In this document: positions 22,701 to 36,839 of the stretch, piece after piece
How the letters are laid out: each line of letters opens with the position of its first letter
How positions within the stretch are numbered: position 1 is the first letter of the stretch
NCBI RefSeq assembly: GCF_009914755.1
Contig: NC_060934.1
DNA: 64,000 nucleotides
Origin: the human T2T-CHM13v2.0 reference genome, Homo sapiens
Direction: 5' to 3' (one strand)
Notes under the pieces: generated by a model
What the model was told of the DNA's origin: nothing
Databases searched by the model: none
Seen by the model: only the letters and a program-made list of their open reading frames with translations
Program-made: the position numbers and the translations under genes

Positions 22701-24189
22701 GGAGTCACCCGCAGCCACCCCAGCTTCCAGGCAGCCACGGGGAATGTCTCCCTCACCTTTTAGCACCAGGAAGAACTACTTTCAGCAACTCAAGAAGAGC
22801 AGAAATTTTGCAACAGATTATGTTTCTGTCTTTGATCTGGACACTCAGAAACTGAGAGAGATAAGCATGGTTAAGCTTTTGTAATTGCACACAACTAGTG
22901 GGATAAATTTTTGAGCCACCTACGCATACAAATGCATACATACATACCCTCTCCCTGGCTTCATTCTTCTCCACTGACCCCACTTTCCCTTCAATTTGAT
23001 TTTTTCTTTCTACACTTTAAATTATCTTGTAGATTTTAAAAGACACATTATTTTGGAAACAAGGACTATGTTTTAATTTTTAAAATTAACTGCATCTTTG
23101 CTTAGCAACATCTTGTACTGGTAACTAAGTCTTGGATGGGCACAGTGCCTGCTACACGGTAGGCCCTTAAAGAATGCAGATGGAAGTGCTTAGAGCAAGG
23201 GGATAGATGCTCCCCCTCCTTTTGCTGAGATGAAACTTGCCAGCTTTCAGACACTGCATCCATCACTCAACTCTGTGAGATGCCTTTGTCGCTAACAGAA
23301 GGCACAACTTCTCAGGTACATATGTACACTGTGATGTCATAGGATAAGAGCATCAACTATTTGCCCTGGGGTCTGTTTAATTATTTTTAAAAATTAATTT
23401 TGATTATTACAGCTGATTACACCTCAGTGAGCAATGTAATTGATATTTTCTAATGTATCCCAAGGAACATTTTGTACAACATGCTTTTTGTTGTTGAAGG
23501 TTAAAGACTCCGTTATTGGTTTTTCCCTAAATATGCCCACATCATTAGTCCCTCCAGTGAGAAGGTCGCCATCTGGAAAAAGCAGCACGGAGACATTATT
23601 CAGGCACAAGTGCATGAAATTGGGGTTTCTGCATCTTCTGTCTCTCTTCTGGAAAGAAGAGGCTTGTAATTAAAGGAGTTGGTGTTGGAGGAAACATTAT
23701 TCATTTGGTGTTATTCCTTATCATGTCAGCAGCTGATAGCCCTATAGCACTGATAAATTGTTCCTTGGAGTGAGACATATGATATAGAATTCATAATTCC
23801 TCTTACCTATCTTCATTTTCAGTAGAAAATGTTTTATTCCTGGTGGGTGAGCTGAACTTTGAGGCAGGGCTGATTTGATAGATGTTATTTCTTCTTCTTC
23901 TCCCCCTGACCCCATCACAGTCCCCTGTGGGAGCAAATTGTGACATCACCCACTATCTCTAGAAGGCTGTGAGTGTCAGCTTGTTGGACAGAGGTTGGGA
24001 ACTTGGACTCCCTTGAGGCCACCAAAGGGCAACTCAGGGTGCAGGCCACTTTCTCATGTCCACCATCTGCCTGGAGAATCCAGACTGCACAGGGTGGCCA
24101 GCTCCCCTCTTCACAGCCGTGGATTCAGCTCTGCTTACGTACTCAATTCCAGACTTCCTTGTTTAAAAACAGCTGAAAAGACATCAACA

Positions 24190-24330
24190 AGCAATGTTGG
24201 TTTCTTAGTTTTGACAGGTACACCATGGCAATGTGGGATGTTAATAACTTTATAGGAAAACAGGTGAAGGGTAGATGAAAACTCTCTACTATCTTTGTAA
24301 CTTTTATGAAAATTGAAAATATTCTAAAAT
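24190..24330 (+). mobile_element. L1MC-like 3' end fragment
   Basis: aatgttggtttcttagttttgaca...ctttgtaacttttatgaaaattgaaaatattctaaaa. Confidence 0.55.
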
Positions 24331-26320
24331 GCAATGTGTGTCATCATCTGTTTATATAAAAGCATTAGCAATCAGAAAATGTGCATAGGAGTCAGGGGGC
24401 TGGAAGCTGGTTAGGAAGGGGCCATGGAGGAGGTGACGCCTAGAGCTGAGTCTGGGAGGAGGAAGGTCAAAGCCTGTGCAGAGGAGAGCTCTCGGGCAGG
24501 GAGAAGGCCAGAGACATAACAGGTGGTAAGAAAGGGGCCAAGGCAGTGGGTAAAAGCCAGGTCAGGGGGTACCACAGGCCAGCCTAGACACTCATGTTTA
24601 CCTGTAGGTGAGAGGTTAAACAGAGTCATGGCATCTGCTCCTATAGGTGAGATTACAGGTGAGGGCCCCTGGTGGGGAGCCAAACTGTGGGTGACAGGGG
24701 GCTGTAGTGTGATTCAGGTGGGAGATAGTGGGGGCTGCAGTAGCTGTAGCTGGAGTAGTGAACAGCGATAACACACAGAAAATTCTGTTCAAGTGAGGCT
24801 GGGACAGGTGAGAAAAGAGGGCCACCCAGGGCAGGCCTGGCTCTGAGAAGAGACAGCACCTGGGGGTGGGAAGTCTGGCATTCAGATGGCTCTGTGGGAT
24901 TCCACAGAGAGTGGAGAAAAATAAGAACCAGAGGAATGGGGTTGAGAGTACAAGGTGACTTCCAGCCCTTAAAGGGGTGGGAGCCTCTCTGGGCAGCCCC
25001 CGACCTGTGTACATAGAGCATAAGCTGGATTTCAGCCCACTTTCCTCCTGGGATCAACTGTATACATATGGACAGCTATCCCAGGCAGTGGGCCAGGCAG
25101 GCCCCATCAGAGGAGGGGGACCCACTCACCAGCCTGCCAGCAAAGATTGGGGGACTTATAGAAGAACAGGATTCACACGGAGGAGGGCAGAGCCCTGTGT
25201 TCCCCACAATTCCATGGCTTTAGGAGATAGCTGAGCAAGCTTCCAGTTGCTGTTTTCAAAGCCAGGTATTAGCAAACTGAAATGGCCCATGCAGGGAAGT
25301 CAGGGCTGTGTAAGAATTAACAGAATGGGATGAGAGGGCACCAGAAGCGTGAGGATGATCCGCTGGAATTGCTAAAAAAAGCAAAAGCTTTCTGTAGGAA
25401 TTCTACATCTGCCCTGGCAAGGACAGGGAAACATTAGAAGTTTGCCTCACACCTTTCTTGGGGGTCCCCTAAAGGCTGCCCTATGAGACCTCCAATGAAA
25501 CCAGCAGTGCCCACCATTGGGCGCCTTGGAGACTTCAGAGGCAGGGCACTTATGTGGGCAGGGTGCCTGGGGTCTGCCATCAGCTCCTTCCCTGACCAGG
25601 TGCCAGACCTGCCGTCACCCACCCTAGCATGAAGCAGCTCTGCCCCAGCAGAGGACAAGATGCTGACTGAGGCCAGTAACTCAGTGACAGCTCTGTTAAG
25701 GGCAGCTCTGGCTGAGGTCCTCGGTGAGGGAAATGATGTTTTTGACTATCCCCTCTGAGCACTTCACCCATTATCTTTTTGAAAAAAAAATCATTGTGGA
25801 AATTCTCAAACATACACATAAGTAGTAAAATAATGTGATGAATCCCCATGTATCTATCCATCACTTGACTTCAACAATTTTCAACTCATGGCCAATTTTC
25901 TCTCCTTATGACTTCCCACTTCCCCCCTATGCACTGAATAATTCTGAAGCAACATCCCAGACATCGTATTATTTCATGCATTACTGTTTCTGTATGCTTA
26001 TTTTCTCTTTAAAGAAATCATGGGGCCCAAATAAAGATTGCAGAGAGGAAAGCAAATGTGCAGAACTGGAAGGCTTTAGCCATCATTGCGGGAGTGATCA
26101 AGTAGCACCTGGTCTTGCTTGCTGGCATGTTTGTGTTTGTCTCCTGCTGATGAGAGGAGGGTCTTGCTGAGGCTGAGGGCACGTTGAGCCTTGGAGAATC
26201 CCATGCTGCAGTTTCAGGAAGAAAGGCAATAAGCTCTGCGATGACACAGCTGCTTTCTAGTTAAACGCTTGGGCTCTCCATGTTCAGGAGCTGAGCAGCA
26301 CTCCAGGCACAGGCCTCAGA

Positions 26321-26330
26321 TTTCACTTCC
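26321..26330 (-). promoter_or_regulatory. PU.1-IRF composite motif (EICE) GGAAGTGAAA
   Basis: tttcacttcc on + strand; motif match only, function untested. Confidence 0.35.
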
Positions 26331-27618
26331 CTGGGATAAAAAGCTCACGAGCCCAGAGAGTACTGGGAGTGAGAATGGATTTTTGAAAATAGAAAGAACT
26401 GGTTTGGAATGCAGGGGAAGTAACTGGTACAACAGAGCTGAGCTGAGGATGTCAAAATGCAGTTGTGAAAACAGAAGTCAGAATTCTCAGAGAAATTCTT
26501 CTGAAAAAGAGTTAAAGATCTTTAAAAGGTTGCATGACATTTTTAAAATCTGATATTCAGAAGGTCATCGTGTGAAACATTTTTACTTAAAGTTGTAGTA
26601 GATTCAACATAATGTTCGTGGGAAAGAGAGAAGGGTCTTCCCCAGGAGATGAATATGACTTTAAGAGAGGGATTTGGAGGTAGGTGGCCTAAACCTGGAG
26701 GAAAATGAAGACACATGAGGATTTCTAAAATGCAAGAGTCAGAGGACCCAGAGAGAGGTGAGATCTTGTGATAGGTTCTTACTGGCATGGCAGGAAAGCA
26801 GAAAGGCCAGCTTGTATCCACAGATCAAGAGAAAGCAGGCTGGAGGGATAAATTATTAAAAACCACAGAAAAGACAAGGGAGACTCAGAAAACCTGAAAA
26901 CAGTGTTTCTAAGAAATCACAATGCTGTATTGTTGGAAAACGCAGTTGTATTCAGTGGGAGGAAAAGTCTTTTGAGTACGTAATTAAAGAGGACTATCTG
27001 TTAGATAAATAAAACCACTCAGAAAGGAAAGTATAATTTAAAAAACACTTTGAAAAGTATAAACTGCTCTACTGGCGTGAGCCATGTTCTAAGACCTTCT
27101 GCTAAATGGAATATTGGTTTTCTTAATTGTGGTGGGCAATGCTGCCAAGGACCTCTTGGCTCTTGGTGCTTTTCCTGAGATAACTGACCCTAAAAATAAT
27201 GCCTCTCTCCCAGTCTGGCCTGAGAGCTCTTCATCGTACTGTCTGGGCTAGGAATATTTCCAGACGGGATATCCATTATGCTCTGATTATGGTGGTATTT
27301 GGGGGCAAGGAAGGAACAAAAATGTAATGAAGTCTAGTGTTATTTTTTAAACCTCAAAAGTTTCTGTTTTCACTTCAACTGAAAGTAAAGTCTATGTGGC
27401 CTGTATCATTGCCCTCAGTCTTGCAGGCAGCCGTGCTTCCTACGCCACACCCAGAATGACCTTCCCCAGAGGGACAGAGTCTGGTGATGGAGGTGGGGAC
27501 ACACTGCAGCATCAGGGAAATTCAACCAGCCTGGGGCGGTGGGGAGGGGCTCCATTATCCTTTTAGGTTTTCTGGACACTCAACCAGAGCCTTCTCTCTC
27601 ATTTTTGCTCTTCCCTTG

Positions 27619-27628
27619 ACACACACAC

Positions 27629-27662
<34 letters not shown>

Positions 27663-27762
27663 CTCTCTCACGCACACACACACACACCCCCACTCTCTTT
27701 CTCTCTCTCTCACACACACACACGTGTATATGCACACCCCCACCCACACACACATAGACACA
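27619..27762. repeat. Complex (CA)n/(CT)n microsatellite
   Basis: interrupted CA runs with CT blocks. Confidence 0.9.
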
Positions 27763-28504
27763 TCCCATTGTGCAAGCAATTGACATTAGAATTCACCTAT
27801 CACACCAGTGAGAAGGAAGCGGGAAGGAGTCTGATCAATTGCACCAGAAACTCAGCAGCAGAACTGAACAAGGACGAGAGTTCCCTACAGCCCAGATTTT
27901 GAAAAAGTGGCAACATCACCAGTACAGCATTAGTATCCAGAATAAGGGGGAAGGATAAGAGCTGGATGAAGAAAGACAGTGGTTTTTCTTTTTCCATTTT
28001 AAGGAGTCTTAAGTGTCTCTGGTCTATCACAAGTGTCTGTTATAGGAGTCTGAAAAATACATGTAAATGAACAAAGCAAACACTGATACCTTTAATGATG
28101 TTTCTTTACTGAGTGCATCATTTGTGAGACATCTTTATCTTCATAATAGAAGGATAATTAACATCACTAATTATCTAATTAAGTTCATTAAGCATCCACC
28201 AACAGAGCACCGTGAAGTTGACATTATGTTCTACTGTCAACAAATGCTTTTGATTTCTTAGGAAGTAATTAAAATGTAAATTAGCATACAATTATATGCA
28301 CAGGGGAAGTTTTGAATCAGATATTCATTTCAAAATTGCTTAGAGCAACACAGTTTTTGTTTGTTTCTTCTTCAATAAAAGCAGTTATTTTGCTGCTAGT
28401 GGTATATATTAAAGTTTCCATTGGGCTGTTCAGCTCTTGAGTGGTAGCAAGGTAATAAGTACTATAAGACACAGACTGTTCCATTGATATATTTGTTACT
28501 GCAC

Positions 28505-28556
28505 TTTGTGCTTTTTTCTTATTTGATCATTTTGTGCTTTTTTCTTATTTGATCAT
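28505..28556. repeat. Perfect 26-bp tandem duplication
   Basis: tttgtgcttttttcttatttgatcat x2. Confidence 0.92.
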
Positions 28557-31363
28557 TTTATTTAATGTTTGTTTGTATTTGTGTCCTTCATGTTTAAACA
28601 TATCACAACTGATTTTTTTTTTTTCGGAAAAGTTTCTGTAATTCCTGCCTTAAATTCTCTAGCTGAGCTTTCCCTTTTAGGGCAAATCTTCTAATGTATG
28701 TTTTCTGTCAGGTTAGGTTCAGGGAGTATCATCCATGACTTGCTGAAAATAGGTTACACACATTCCCTTACCCATGCAGGAAAGAGAAACTGCACATATC
28801 AAACTTGAAGTCCAGCCATCCTTAGTTGTAAGCTCACATTTTCCTGCTTTCTTAGGGCAGAGAGCAGACACGGAGCTTGTGCAAGCCCTGTGAATCAATG
28901 GAATATTCTCCATCTGAGATCATGATGGCTTCTGATAAAATATTATAACTGGAATGGGCACACTGTAGTGCTAAACGCAGTAACCTTCTTAGATTAGGGG
29001 TCTTCCTGAAACATCACAGAGTCACTGCACACCTGCTGGGAACAGGCTACCCAAGATAGAAGCCAGCATGTTCAAGTCTCCATAGCTTTCATTTTTAAAA
29101 CAATTCTGATTGAATCCTGAATGCCTATCTTTTAATAAAGCAGCTAGTTCAGTGGATGTGATGTCCACTCTGTTATCTTTGTACATGAAGATGCCGGACC
29201 ACTTGAGCATCAAGCTGATGTCACCTGATGCAGATGAGAAGAGAAAGTCTCTACTCATGACATCAAACTCCCTCAACTTCTTCTTGGATGATTTTTCCAG
29301 GAATAATTGGTACTGGATCCAGGCCCCTCAGTTTTGTGTGGAGAAGATTTGAGATAAATGCAAAGCAAATACAGAGGTTTAAGAGAGACTGTCCTTTGTC
29401 CCCTTAAAAGGATCAGTGTCAGGGCCTGACTCTGAATAGAACTGGCAGAACCACTAACAGCCCATCAATGTGGGTGCGGGAAGCTATCCTGAGGGCCCAA
29501 GCAGAGAAAGACAGGCATCATCATTGCACAGCAGCTGGTGGTAGATGTGAAACCAGCTGGTCTGCGACAAGCAGTGTCCTCACTGCAGGGAATGGTCGCC
29601 TGTGCCAGAGACAGCAGTCGCCAGGTGTGTCCTGACTTCTGAGCTCTGCAGCAGGACCTGAGCTGTGGTGCGGTCCGCGGCTGCCCAGAGGAGGACGCCT
29701 TGTTCTCATTTGACTGTCCAGAGGGGCTTTCTCCTGCAAGTTCACTCGAAGGACAATGGCTGGGCTAGCAGAGACCCCGAACTAACAAAGGGACCCTGAT
29801 GCTTAAACCGGATGATGCTGATCTTCTCCTAATGTGCAGCAAGCTCCTACCTCAGCTAGTTGATAAAAATTTCCTGTACCAGAAATGTTGGTTCTTGTTC
29901 TTAAACCTTATCTTAAAATGTAGTCTGCCATGTTGTGACTTAAGTGCAAAGTCCACACACTTAATGAATTATCAGTAGCTACAGTGACTTGCTTTGTCCA
30001 TGGCTTGCTTGCCTATCTCCTGCCAGTCACACTCTTCCTGGTCTACAACTGTCGCTGAAGGAGGAGTCTGTCTCTCTACCATGGGTTCTGCAATCTGAGA
30101 GTGACCCAAATGCCATCTCTTTGACTGTTCTTTTGGCCATGCAGCCTCCCAAAAAATGGGGTTAAAGTTGGTTTGCTTTTGGCAACAAGACTATGGTCTG
30201 AAAACCCTTCCAACAAGGAAGGCACTGAGGTTATGCAAGCTCCACGAATCAATGGAATGTTCTCATCCAGGTAACAACCACTGCCCGTTTAAAGGTGCAT
30301 TGTATCTAAATGATACCGAAAAGTCCTTAGGGACAGATACTCAGTTCCTTCCCCAACAACTTCAACCTGAACGGAAACATCTAGTTTGGAAAGATTAACC
30401 AGATCTCACCTCCATCTGCTAGGTATTTGCTGATATTCTTGTTTCTTTCTCCTCTATAATGACTTACTTTATTACAAAGCCAGGCTGTGTTTATATGCCA
30501 TATATGAAGGCTGTGATTGAGGAAAAAATTGAGTAATACAGAGTCCACATCTGCAGGTCAACTTGCAATATTTTAATTTACTTAAATACTTTACCATTTG
30601 CAATTCAACAATACATGGAGTATTGAGTAGGCATAGCACTCCTTTCTATGAACACAGAGATGACACATGGTCCTTATATTTAAGGAGTCCTTATAGTCTG
30701 CTTGTTTATCTCCCAAGTTAGATGACATCCAAAAATAAATAAATAAATAACAGTAGATGGATTTCAGAAAAAAAATGTATACTGTATGTATCAAGATCTT
30801 GTAAAGTAAAACAGATTTGAAATTAATTTAGGAATCTAGCAACTTAAAGGAATACTGGGTTGAATCCTTTTGAAAATCGAATGTAGTTCTTTAAAGGATA
30901 CTTACATGCAAGCATCTATTTTGAGGTTCAGATTTAGATATATTGGACTTCCCAATGTAAGATGTACCTGCATTCTGAAAATTAGAGTAGTGGTTGGGGG
31001 GAAAGGTATCACCATCCCAGGAGATGTTTTTAATTTTTAAAAATTATGAGTTATGAGGAAACACATTTTTGTGTATTCATCTAAATTAAGTGTTTTCAAA
31101 AACATATTCATCAAGGCAAAAATGCTCTAGCATTCAAAAGACAGAAGTGTCCCAAACTAAAAGATAAAACGGCAGATGGCCGTGGAGGGGAGAATCAGTC
31201 TGGGCCCTCCTGAGGCACTGCTGCCATTCACAACCCGCTAGGCCCCCCACTCACAGCCGGGCCGCCTGGCGCCTGCCGCCTGCTGCATGAGTTACAGCCG
31301 CCTTCTCGCCCTGGGACCCATCTATTATGAGAAACCATTTTGGTTAATTAAAAAAGTCTTTCA

Positions 31364-31873
<510 letters not shown>

Positions 31874-34231
31874 CTATCACAGGGAGTGACAGTGGCAATG
31901 GTTAAGATCTTCGAATCAAATGAAAGAGCAATTGAACAAGCCTGAGTCTTTTCCACTCTGGATTTAAGGGATTCCTCAAGCCTAAGGCCTGCTGTGCAGC
32001 TCAGATGACAGTGAGTAAAACAGATAAGGCTCCCACACTCTGTTTGAGGGGAAGCAGATGGCAAGCACATGGGAATGCATGAGATAATTCTAGGTACATA
32101 AAGAAATCTGAAAGACCTAGATGATGCGCCAGAGACTTACCTTGTGATGGCTGTAGGTTGGAAGGTCCAAGAAAGCTTCTCCAAGGAGGTGATAATGAGA
32201 GATGAAGGAGCGGCCCTCCAACATCTGGGGGAGGAGAGCTTGGGAAAGGACCCAGCAAATGCCAAAGCTCCGGGGTACAAATGGGCTTGTATATTTGAGA
32301 GCAGAGAGAGGCCCATGTGGCTGGGCACAGACACCCCTTGGGGGAGTGGGAGTGGCTCAGAGGAGGTGGCAGGAGCCGGCCACCAAGCATCATTCCAAGT
32401 TCTTCAGGGAATTGGGAAAGTTGTCTATAACTCTATATCTGTGGCCTCTATATCTGTATTTTCATCTGGCTCTAGCTCTCCTTCTCCTCTACCAAACCCC
32501 TGTCCCCACACTGAGAGGGCTTCCTTCAACCTCCCCCACACACTCATGATTTCCTGCCATGTTCCAGGCCCTTGGGTTAAGGCCAGGGAATACTGATGAA
32601 AAAGGGCACAGTCCCTGCCCCAGGAGGTCCTCCTGCTTCTAGGCTGGTGAAATAATTATGCTGTAAAAAGAGGTGCCCAGAAGAGAGAGTGCAAGTCTGG
32701 TTTGGAGGAGCTTGATCTGAGACTTGGAGGAGGAGGTGGAGGAGGAAAGATGTGAGGGCAGGTTGATGGTGAGGAAGAGCCCCCTCCAGATGCAAAGGAT
32801 GGACCCTCGTGATCATCTGCCTTGTGGGCCAGGTGCTGTCTTGGCATTACTGGAGTATCCTATCCAGTTCATCTTAATTTTATGTATTTATTTATATTCT
32901 GACTCTCTCCCCAGAGGCTTTATGGTACCTCTAGATGAGGATGTGTGCAATAAAATAAGGAAATGAGATCAGGAAAGAAAATGATCATAGAAGAAAGTCA
33001 ATTCCTAGGAAATTCAGAGCTTGAATATACAGTCTCTAAAGACTCACCGTCACATACCAGCACTGTGCTCCAGCTTCCTGAATGCCACTGTGGAGTGGTA
33101 GGCAAGAGGGTACATGCATCCATTCCTCATCCATCAACTGTGCTTCTGCCAAGAGCCAGGTCCAGGGCTGGAGAATAGGGACACGGGGTGAGCAAAGCAG
33201 ATGGCCTCTGCCTCACAGCTGACTCTGCCCCATCCTGCCATCATGTCACCCCCACTGTGAGTTTCTAAAGATCTGAGCTGACAATGTCATGCCTCTGATC
33301 AAAAACCATCATTAGTTTCCAAGCTGTGCAGACTCAGACTTGTACCAATGGAGTTAAGAAGCCTTGTGTAGCTGACCCCAGCTGCTTATCCAAGTTCATT
33401 TCCTGTCACATTCCCACATGGCATCTTTGCTCCAGGCAGGCCCACTTCCATATTTTGTAGTAGTGCAGGCTATTTTCTCCCGTCTCTACCCTTGGGAAAA
33501 TGTGGTCCTCTCTGCTTAGAGGAGGCCTGCAGGGATACTGTCCCTTCTGAAAGCCCACCAAGCCCTCTCCAGCCTGGCTGTGAGCCGGTGTGGCCTCCTC
33601 TGTGGGCAAGTCATTTTCTCATTTACTCCCTCACAAGAACTTTAAGTTCCTGGTGGGCAAGCCTTGTTCCGTGCCCATCTTGAAGGCCTTCGGGTTTGCA
33701 CAGGGCCTGAACTAGAGCAGGTGCTGTGAATCACTGGCTGAAAAGAGACTGCTAGGAAGAAGCCAGGTTCATCTATTTCAGGCTTACCTATTTTTTATGC
33801 ACAATGGCTGCATCTATGGGGACCCAGCCTAAAGGAGGGAGAAATGTTGGTATTGACCAGTTTACCTATGACCCTCAGGCAGCCCAGTGGTGAGTCACAC
33901 AGTAGGACTAACATATTGGCTAGTCACAGCGTGGCTTCCAAGAACATCAGGAAGAGTGGCTGTGCAGCATCCTAGAGCTGGCATGTGGTTGGGTGGCATC
34001 AGGAAGCTCCTGGAGTGGGTGCAGCTTGCAGCCAGTGCTGCCAACGGCTCTACTCTGAAGTCGCAGCAATGGGGCAGTCCTGACCAGGGTGACCTTTTTG
34101 CTCTTCATAAAGCCCGAAGAAGAGATCTCCCCATAGACTCCAGCCCTGGTTGTGATCTGTCTTTGAAATCTGTCAGTTTTGGGGTCCAGGTGCCTCAGTG
34201 CTAGGGGAGAATTATTTGGAGTGAAAGTTCC

Positions 34232-34613
34232 TATATTAGTTTCCTGGGACAGCCATAGCAAAGTACCCCAGCCAGGGTGGCATAAACTACAGACATTTAT
34301 TGTCTCGCAGTCCCGGAGGCTAGAGGTCCGAGAAGAAAGTGATGGAGGGGCTGGTTTCCCCTGAGGCCTCTTTTCTGGCTCAGAGATGCTGCCTTCCCCA
34401 TGTCCTCACGTGGTCTGTCCTCTGTACATGACCGTGTCCTCATCTCCTGTTATAAGCACACCAGTCACGTAGGATTAGGGCCCATCCTAATGGCTTCACT
34501 TTAACTTTATCACCTCTTTAAAGGCCCTGTCTCCAAATATTGTCACATTCTGAGGTACTAGGGGTTAGGGCTTCAACATATGAATTGGGGGGAACATGGT
34601 TTAGTCCATATCA
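34232..34613 (-). mobile_element. MLT1 (MLT1B-like) solo LTR
   Basis: tatattagtttcct...catttattgtctcgcagtcccggaggctagag...ggggttagggcttcaacatatgaatt. Confidence 0.8.
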
Positions 34614-36839
34614 GTGCCTCACGTCTCAATACATATTCAGGGAAAGATGTTTGCATGGGCTGAAACTCCTCTGACCCCAGGGTAGATCTTCACATTCATC
34701 TCTTATCCAAACCCCCTCCAGTAATCCCTAACCTTCTTGCCCTGCCTGAGGGGGTGTGAGTCTTTAAGAACATTACCTGTGAGAATGAGGCCGACAGAGA
34801 TGGGGTGAGAATAGGCGAGTTCAGGGAAGGCCAGCGTGGCGACACCTCCCACCTGTCTAAGGCTCACAGAGGCCCTGACACCCACAAAGGAAAGCAGAGA
34901 GGAGAGAAGATGGCTTCCTTGAGAAGGCATGGTGCCTGCAATTTTAAAGGATTTGTCTTTTGCTATACCAGTGTGGATTTTTTTTTAAGTAGTCATTCTT
35001 CATGTACTCATGACAATTGAATTTAATAAAAACATCACAGTTCGAAAAAGACAAATTAGAAACCACCGTTCATCTCAGAAATTAATATGTGAGTGAATTT
35101 AACAAGAGATGAATTGCACTGTGGTGGTCTGGTCCCTCTTCACCCGCTCGGAGCGCCAGTTGTTTGTCATTATAGCTGGAAATATGATTATTACTCTGGT
35201 ATTACTTGACATTTGTTAAGGATCCAGGGGCTGCATCTCCATAGCAGAGAAAAGTGCAATTACCTGGGCACTCAGAGAAAAGAGCCTTTTCTGGCCTGAG
35301 TCATCCAAATACACGTCCCCCAAAGACCCCTGAGCCCCGACCATAGCTTGCTGTGGAGCCCAGGCTGTCCCGTCACTCAGTACACACTGTGCCTTCTTCC
35401 TCAAGGGCAGCCAGCATTTTCTGGGCTCACATAAGGATAGTATACACATGATTTACCAACAAACAGGGACAGCATTTCATCTCCTGGTGTTCTCATTAAT
35501 TGCTTCTATCACTCAACTAAAACCAGGCCTCCACTAAGAACTTGTATTCCAAGGTGGATATGTCAGCCTTCTGAGGAGGACACATAATAGAAGTGTTTAG
35601 GTCACCCGTTTACTGGATCCTTTGCAACTAGTAAAAGACTGCATTGCAGATGGACTTAAACAAGGGGTGGGAGTAAGAGCAGGAGCTGCCCACCCTGACC
35701 CTGCTCCTCGTAGGTGGCGTCAGCAGGTCATGCTGGGTCTCTTTAATCCTGACCCCTGGGGTATTTTACTCTGGGCAGGGGGTGACCAGCTGTGGCGATT
35801 TGGGCCCCAGTGAGTGAGGAAGGTCTGTGAGGTTCTTTTCAGTCCCTCAAAGTTTGATCACTGCCTCCACTTGGGAAGCCCTGAATCATGACCTTGAGGA
35901 GCTGATTTTGGCGGGCTGGTGGGGAAGCCCCTCACGGCGACACAGAATGCTGCCCCTGCAGAGCTTACCTACTGCTGTGGCACCCCGAGGAGGCGAGCTG
36001 GGAAAGAGAATGTTCATGACAACAATTAGTTTACACGATAACCACAGAGTGCTCGCACAGGTGTGGCTCCTCTGTTCCTCACTGCTACGACTGTGGTCAC
36101 CAAATCCCTCATCCTCTTAGCCAGCTCTGGTGCAGGACAGGTGGCAAGTGGGTTACCATTGCGTCCAGTGAGAATGACCAATGAGAACTTGGGATCTCTG
36201 GGGGTGGTATCTACCTTGGCAGCAGTTTCACTCTGCCCTCCATGCATGGGGGATCCCCTGAGTTTAACTGGAATCTGTCTTTGGTCAGGGAGAATCAGAT
36301 GCTAAAGGAATCTGGAGTTGACATTAAAATCAAGCAGCATGACCATTGCTTTCCTTTATGGATTTTTTGGTTAATGAATACACAGAAACCTTAAAAAAAT
36401 AATAAAGAAGACAGCCTATGGAGTCACATAATATATGGGGTTAAGTTCTAAAGTCTATTTATAAAATGGAAATCAAGTTGTCAGCAATACTCAACATTCC
36501 CTCAAACTATCCATAGAATACATGACCATCTCCAGTTTGGTGAATTCTGCACCATCCTGCACATCCACCAGGCAGCTTTTCCACCATTTTGTACATCAAT
36601 CAGTCTTTCTTTGTTAAGTACCAGATGAAGTGACTGGCTTGTGCAATTTCAGCAGACAAGACTTACCCCCAAAATTATTGTTTTTAAACAGGAGAATTAC
36701 ATTTAATACAACGAGCTGTTGACAGCCAAGAGAGCCTGTGGAATGGCGTCTCCCTCAGGGAGCAGAGACTCCCATTCTCCATCCCAGGTTCACAGTGGGG
36801 GTTAGGATGGAGGGTTGGGTGAATTCCCATTGTGATTTA

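Noticed and set aside
22764-22869. Possible cryptic exon after ctcaccttttag
   Set aside because: Only a weak donor (g|gttaag) and no protein similarity
29022-29352. Coding-looking overlapping ORFs (84 and 80 aa), possible pseudogene fragment
   Set aside because: No recognisable protein, poly(A) tail or TSD
35706-35721. CTCF-like ctcgtaggtggcgtc
   Set aside because: Mismatches at high-information 5' positions and no supporting context
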